From Enterobacteriaceae bacterium (GTDB lineage Bacteria; Pseudomonadota; Gammaproteobacteria; Enterobacterales; Enterobacteriaceae): a stretch of DNA of 32,000 bases. Below are positions 26,142-32,000 of the stretch, in pieces. The notes beneath the pieces are model-generated. The model was not told the origin of the DNA and searched no databases. It worked only from the letters and a program-made list of their open reading frames with translations. Positions within the stretch are counted from its first letter, which is position 1; each line of letters starts with the position of its first letter. The position numbers were made by a program, and so were the translations under genes. The DNA is taken from contig CABIZV010000004.1 of assembly GCA_902363335.1 (NCBI GenBank), positions 411,941 to 443,940 of the forward strand, written 5' to 3'.

Positions 26142-28012
26142 ATAATATTATTTTGTTCAAATCAAAAAAACATATTCTTGTAGAAGAAAATTATAATGAG
26201 TTCATAAAATTTTGTCGCTATCAACTGTCCGGACTAACCCAAACTCAGGATTGGGAGCAGTATGCCTGGAAAGGATATGTCACATTTAGAAAAATAGGGA
26301 TTGGAAATAAAATCTTTGATTCCATTGATGCAATGCACGAAGATTATATCAATTTTGCGAAAGCATATATCAGATATCAACACACATTGAAACCATTAAA
26401 AAATTATGGGGTTATTATGATGGCCTTGCGATGTCTCGAACAGGCCCTTTTGCAGGTTCAGAACACTGGTCTCATTTATAATGTTACAGCCGTTGTTTTC
26501 GATGAGGCAATGCAGATCGGGAGTAAATATTTTGAAGGTAACGTTTTGGCTAAATGTGGAATACAGCTTGAAAAAATATCAAAGTTTCTGTGTGAACATA
26601 ATCTTGTGAAGTCAGGATATATCTCATGGAAAAACCATGTAAAACAGAAAGTCAAAAACAATTATCTTCCTGAGATTGAGGATTATCACCGAAGCGATAA
26701 GTTACCAGATGAAGAAGCATTGCTCGCTATTGCTGATATTTTTTCTCAAAATGATGAGTTACTGAGTCCAAGGGATAAGTTCACCAGTTCAGTATTTGCA
26801 CTTCTACTTTGTTGTCCGAGCAGAATTTCTGAAATTTTAGCCTTACCTGCTGATTGTGAGATTACACAAATAGATGGCAAGGGTATCGAAAGATATGGTT
26901 TGAGATTTTATTCGGTAAAAGGGTATGGCCCTAATATCAAATGGATTCCACGGGTTATGATACCAGTTGCAAAGAAAGCGATTAGAAGATTACTTTCCTT
27001 ATCACAAAATGCAAGAGCACTTGCTCACTGGTGCGAAAAGTACCCGGATAAATTTTACCGACATGAGCTTTGCCCAACAGTTGATGAAAAAGCTAAATTG
27101 ACCGTTGTACAAGTTTGCCATGCACTGGGGTATAATTTATTTGATCATAAATCATGTGTTTTAAAAATTAAAAGAACGAGTTTGGATGGTGGGAAAAGTT
27201 TCTTAAACCACAATGATTACAACTATTCATTGAGTAATTTGTGGGAAATTATTAGTTCTAATTTTAGCAGAGATTTTCCATGGTATGATAAAGAAAAATC
27301 CATAAAATTTAGTAATGCTTTATGCTTGCTCAATACTGATCAATTTTCTTTATCAAGAATGACTTCAATTTTCACATTTTACAAACCTACTAAAAGTTTC
27401 TTTTTCAGTGACATACAAAGAAAAAAAAGCTATGAGATGAATTATAAAAATATATTTTCCCGATATGGATATTATGATGATGAAGGTAAACCACTACTTA
27501 TTCGCTCACACCAGCCACGGCACCTTTTAAACACAATAGCCCATTATGGTGAAATGTCTGAACTGGATATAGCTAAATGGTCTGGTCGTATCAATGCGAA
27601 TCAGAACAGAGTTTATAACCATGTGTCGGAAGAAAATATGTTAGATAAAATCAAAGCTATTAAATTGAATAGGAGTAATTACTGTCAAAGGGAGTCAATA
27701 CCCACAAATGAATTGACAATTGATTTTGATAACCTTAATCAAGGTGCAATACACTTAACTGAATTTGGTTACTGTGTACATAACTATTTAATCAAGCCTT
27801 GTGCAAAAATTAATCATCTTATTGAATGTGATAATGAAACACCGGACATTAACTCAGTAGATAGAATTAGACTGCAATCTGTCCGAGAGAAAGTAATGCA
27901 ATTAAAGAGAATAACTCAGATCGCTTATGAAAATGGTGATTATGGTGCAGACAAATGGTTGCAACACCACAAAAAAAATTTGGAAAGAATTAATAAACTA
28001 TTGAATAATTGA
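26138..28012 (+). CDS. Large tyrosine recombinase C of a recombinase trio
   Basis: 624 aa; LLLCCPSRISEILALPAD, IRSHQPRHLLNTIAHYG, IAKWSGRINANQNRVYNHVS; overlaps the previous ORF by 4 bp. Confidence 0.82.
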   Translation: MNNIILFKSKKHILVEENYNEFIKFCRYQLSGLTQTQDWEQYAWKGYVTFRKIGIGNKIFDSIDAMHEDYINFAKAYIRYQHTLKPLKNYGVIMMALRCLEQALLQVQNTGLIYNVTAVVFDEAMQIGSKYFEGNVLAKCGIQLEKISKFLCEHNLVKSGYISWKNHVKQKVKNNYLPEIEDYHRSDKLPDEEALLAIADIFSQNDELLSPRDKFTSSVFALLLCCPSRISEILALPADCEITQIDGKGIERYGLRFYSVKGYGPNIKWIPRVMIPVAKKAIRRLLSLSQNARALAHWCEKYPDKFYRHELCPTVDEKAKLTVVQVCHALGYNLFDHKSCVLKIKRTSLDGGKSFLNHNDYNYSLSNLWEIISSNFSRDFPWYDKEKSIKFSNALCLLNTDQFSLSRMTSIFTFYKPTKSFFFSDIQRKKSYEMNYKNIFSRYGYYDDEGKPLLIRSHQPRHLLNTIAHYGEMSELDIAKWSGRINANQNRVYNHVSEENMLDKIKAIKLNRSNYCQRESIPTNELTIDFDNLNQGAIHLTEFGYCVHNYLIKPCAKINHLIECDNETPDINSVDRIRLQSVREKVMQLKRITQIAYENGDYGADKWLQHHKKNLERINKLLNN

Positions 28013-28413
28013 AACAGGAGATGCATATGGCAAAACATTTAAACAGGAGTGAAATAAAGGCAATTAAACACATTATACTGACTTGGGACGGTAAAATCAC
28101 ATGGAGCGATTTATGTGAATCAGTTTATAAGAATCTAAACAGAACTATCACAAGGCAATCTCTAAGTGCTCATGATGAAGTTGTTGAAGCATATAGAACA
28201 AAGAAAAATTTGTCTAATTTGAAAAAATCTGGCCTTAAAAAGCCAGCTAACTTAACGATTGCGGCACAACAAATATTAAATCTTAAAGCCGAAAATGAAA
28301 TGTTAAAAAAACAGAACAATAGATACAAAGAGCAGTTTAGCTATTGGCAGTATAATGCTTATAGACATGGTCTCACTATGGAACAATTGAATAGACCATT
28401 TAATAAAAAATAA
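28009..28413 (+). CDS. Small coiled-coil accessory protein of the recombinase operon (TnpC-like in position and size)
   Basis: 134 aa; overlaps the previous ORF by 4 bp; TITRQSLSAHDEVVEAYRTKK then LKAENEMLKKQNNRYKEQF heptad-like region. Confidence 0.65.
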   Translation: MKQEMHMAKHLNRSEIKAIKHIILTWDGKITWSDLCESVYKNLNRTITRQSLSAHDEVVEAYRTKKNLSNLKKSGLKKPANLTIAAQQILNLKAENEMLKKQNNRYKEQFSYWQYNAYRHGLTMEQLNRPFNKK

Positions 28414-28500
28414 TAGTTGATAGGTTACACCTATTGACAAGTTAAATAAATACGATAAATATAAATATATGGTCAGGATGACTATTTCAATTATGCAAGG

Positions 28501-28935
28501 ATGCATTTTATGGACAAAAACATCATCAATTCAGAGTTTACTCTGGAAGAGCAACTTATCATTATAATTGATAAATATATCTCAAAACGGTACCAGCCCG
28601 GAGATAAAAGTTTCTCATATCAACTTTACTTAATTTTTGTGGGATACCATTTAAAATATTTTTACCCTAAAAGGATTTATTCCAAATCCAATCGTAATAT
28701 TGATAACATAATGACTATGTTTAGCTCGGTATACAAAAATCTGACAAGCAATCTTCTACAACGATTAAATAACAAAGAAGGAGTTATTAGGGAACTAAAC
28801 TCGCTTGTTAATTACATAGATAACAATCAAGAAAAAGCAGAGGAAATCTATGCTACTGTCAGAGCACAATATGAAATGAAAGTAATTGAGAAAGAGTTAA
28901 CCCATGAAGTTCGCGTAAGAACCGTCAGGTTATAG
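28501..28935 (+). CDS. Hypothetical protein downstream of the recombinase operon
   Basis: 144 aa intact ORF, co-directional with the recombinase genes; no recognised domain. Confidence 0.45.
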   Translation: MHFMDKNIINSEFTLEEQLIIIIDKYISKRYQPGDKSFSYQLYLIFVGYHLKYFYPKRIYSKSNRNIDNIMTMFSSVYKNLTSNLLQRLNNKEGVIRELNSLVNYIDNNQEKAEEIYATVRAQYEMKVIEKELTHEVRVRTVRL

Positions 28936-28944
28936 GCAATAAAA

Positions 28945-28962
28945 AGCCCCTAAGCAGGGGCT
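28945..28962 (-). terminator. Rho-independent terminator for the minus-strand lipoprotein genes
   Basis: Minus strand reads agcccct-gctt-aggggct followed by TTTT. Confidence 0.65.
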
Positions 28963-28985
28963 AAAAGACTTCTTGATATAGGCTA

Positions 28986-29312
28986 CTACTGAACTTCTTT
29001 CCAGACACCATCAGATTTGATTAGTTTTACTGGTTTTGTTTGTTTCATATTACTAATAGAGGCATCGACAATGCAGTTATAAACATTGTTTGCTTCTTCT
29101 GTGCAACTAACTTTCTTCACGTAATCGATTCTTAAAAGATCTTTTTCTGTAACTCTTGAATCAAGAGCTTTCATACTTGTATTTGTTCTATCTACAACAC
29201 TTTTGAAAACATTGTATATATCGTCTTGCGATGGTTCATTGTTACATGCGGTTAGAAGGAAGGTGGTAATGATAACTGTGATAATTGAGTATATTTTCAT
29301 TTTCTTATCCAA
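28986..29312 (-). CDS. Small putative lipoprotein
   Basis: Signal peptide with lipobox IITTFLLTAC-NNE. Confidence 0.65.
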   Translation of the reverse strand: MDKKMKIYSIITVIITTFLLTACNNEPSQDDIYNVFKSVVDRTNTSMKALDSRVTEKDLLRIDYVKKVSCTEEANNVYNCIVDASISNMKQTKPVKLIKSDGVWKEVQ

Positions 29313-29319
29313 AAAACAA

Positions 29320-29706
29320 TTAATTAAGAATGCCAGTTTTGGTGTTGTTATTGTCAGAGGAAAAAGTCCATTTACTTACAGTCTCTCCCTTGAAGTCGAT
29401 TTCAAGAGTTTTAGACTGAGTTTGGGAACCGCCAGTAAACAGCCCCACAACAGGAATGAAAGTCGTTGCATTGAACTGATTGTTAGACATGAAATATTTC
29501 CATTGCTCATTTCCATCATCGAGTGTGGTTCTTGTATCAGGCTCACCTAACTTAGTGAGTAATTCCGTCTTAGTTGTTTTGTTTTTAATGATCTTTGACT
29601 GGAGGCTTTGTGGTGTTTCGTTTTTAAGGTTCTGGTTCCCTGATGTTGAACAGCCAGAAAGCAGGAAGACAATAATAAAAAAAGAGGACGTTATAAATCG
29701 GTTCAT
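29320..29706 (-). CDS. BamE/SmpA-like lipoprotein
   Basis: Lipobox FFIIVFLLSGC-STS; KTELLTKLGEPDTRTTLDDGNEQWKYF resembles the SmpA/OmlA fold motif. Confidence 0.6.
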   Translation of the reverse strand: MNRFITSSFFIIVFLLSGCSTSGNQNLKNETPQSLQSKIIKNKTTKTELLTKLGEPDTRTTLDDGNEQWKYFMSNNQFNATTFIPVVGLFTGGSQTQSKTLEIDFKGETVSKWTFSSDNNNTKTGILN

Positions 29707-29747
29707 TTACTTTCTCATTTTATGTTTGCGGTTGTGTGAAATTAATT

Positions 29748-30020
29748 TCACCGTATAAAAACAACTCTGTCTGCATACATTCTTTTGATTTTATAGATAA
29801 GAATAATGATGCTTACGAAAAACGTAATGACTGATACAAGAGTGCTGCCGGTCCACGAAAATGCTAACCACGCGAGACCAAATGCCACGAATTGAAACAG
29901 GAATGCCACACTGAGCGGGCTTTCACCGTAAGCGACCTTTGCATGACAGCCTTTGCAAATCCGCACACCATGAGGACTTTGTGTAAAGCAGAACGGGCAC
30001 TTTATTGTTTCGTTTTCCAT
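29748..30020 (-). CDS. Small zinc-ribbon membrane protein
   Basis: CPFCFTQSPHGVRICKGCHAK zinc-ribbon-like motif followed by two hydrophobic segments. Confidence 0.55.
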   Translation of the reverse strand: MENETIKCPFCFTQSPHGVRICKGCHAKVAYGESPLSVAFLFQFVAFGLAWLAFSWTGSTLVSVITFFVSIIILIYKIKRMYADRVVFIR

Positions 30021-30244
30021 AGCTATCCCAATCTGGAAGATTAAATGGTGCGTTTACAGAGATTCTCGATGACCGACTCGCTTTAGTAAAATTGCTTGTA
30101 CCGATCGATGGTTGCTGCTTGATAGGTGTTATCTTTCATAACTAGTTTATCGATCTGTAATAACGATCAATATTTTCTTGACTAAACACAAATCTATTAC
30201 TAGAGAATAGAGTGTGGTTACGAAAGGTGTTTACAACTAGCTGT

Positions 30245-31453
<1,209 letters not shown>

Positions 31454-31928
31454 TTAGCAGATGCTGGCGAAGCTCTTCCAGTTGTCGCTTCACAGCGAAA
31501 AGCTCTGTATAAGTAAGCCGGCTATCTTTACTCTTACTATCGATATGATGAGCAATACGGTTTAGCTTCTGATTGATCTCACCCAGAGTCTTCCATGTAT
31601 CGATGTTTACAGGAGGTACAATCGTGGGGAGCTTCTGTAAGGAAGCCATACGTAACCATTCACCTTTTGCGTAATGACCTCTGAGATAATTCAATTTACT
31701 TAATTCTTTATTATTTAATCTCACACTGATACAGTGGGCTCGAAGTTCATTGTGTGTGATTTTAGCGCAAGCTTCGTTGCCATTTTTTTTAATTGACAGC
31801 AGTTCTGAATTTCTTGGTTTTTCAATGTTGTGTTTTTTCATATGACATCCTTGTAATATGGTTAAATATTTATTAATTCATTTATAGTATTGTGTCAACA
31901 TCCATTGTCATTATTTATTCAATCACGA

Positions 31929-31957
31929 TAACGAGCCATGATAGATAAGGCTCGTTA
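31929..31957. other. Perfect 9-bp inverted repeat upstream of mobC (oriT candidate)
   Basis: taacgagcc-atgatagataa-ggctcgtta; not followed by a T-tract; sits in the usual oriT position relative to mobC-mobA. Confidence 0.4.
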
Positions 31958-32000
31958 CAATTCATCTAATGCGGTGGAAAGTCCTATTCGCTAAAAGTAA

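Noticed and set aside
23642-28413. Calling the recombinase operon a gamma-mobile-trio (gmtY/Z/X) outright
   Set aside because: Here there are three recombinases plus a small protein with sizes 400/434/624/134 aa. I cannot confirm family membership without HMM searches, so I left it as Tn554/RIT/GMT-like.

Overview
The window reads as four blocks. (1) 1-6407, minus strand: a hemin uptake and anaerobic heme degradation operon. It runs TonB receptor, HmuT-like binding protein, ChuW/HutW radical SAM enzyme, HutX/ChuX, ChuY-like NAD(P)-binding reductase, then an edge-truncated FecCD permease. A Fur-box-like sequence lies upstream. (2) 6690-9152: a DinI-like gene with an excellent LexA box, an MFS transporter and a TetR regulator. 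(3) About 9625-21411: an essentially complete P4-type phage satellite. It has integrase, cos-like site, psu, ogr/delta, sid, AlpA/Vis, Ash, cnr-like, alpha primase/helicase, two clusters of P4-type GGTGAACAGT iterons, a 22-bp att core repeat and integrase arm-like repeats at both ends. Its cargo is a NACHT/STAND NTPase in the cos-int accessory slot and a PD-(D/E)XK-like nuclease with two C-terminal TM segments between the alpha-distal iterons and attL. (4) 21.7-32 kb: a second accessory region. It carries a DUF6387-like gene, an AlpA regulator, a tightly overlapping four-gene cassette of three different tyrosine recombinases plus a small coiled-coil protein, small membrane/lipoprotein genes, and a MOB relaxase with an accessory protein and a candidate oriT hairpin. 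The strongest candidates for under-described biology are the NACHT protein, the nuclease-TM protein and the recombinase quartet with its possible mobilizable element. No tRNA, rRNA or CRISPR array was recognised. All homology calls are from memory of families and motifs; no search was run.
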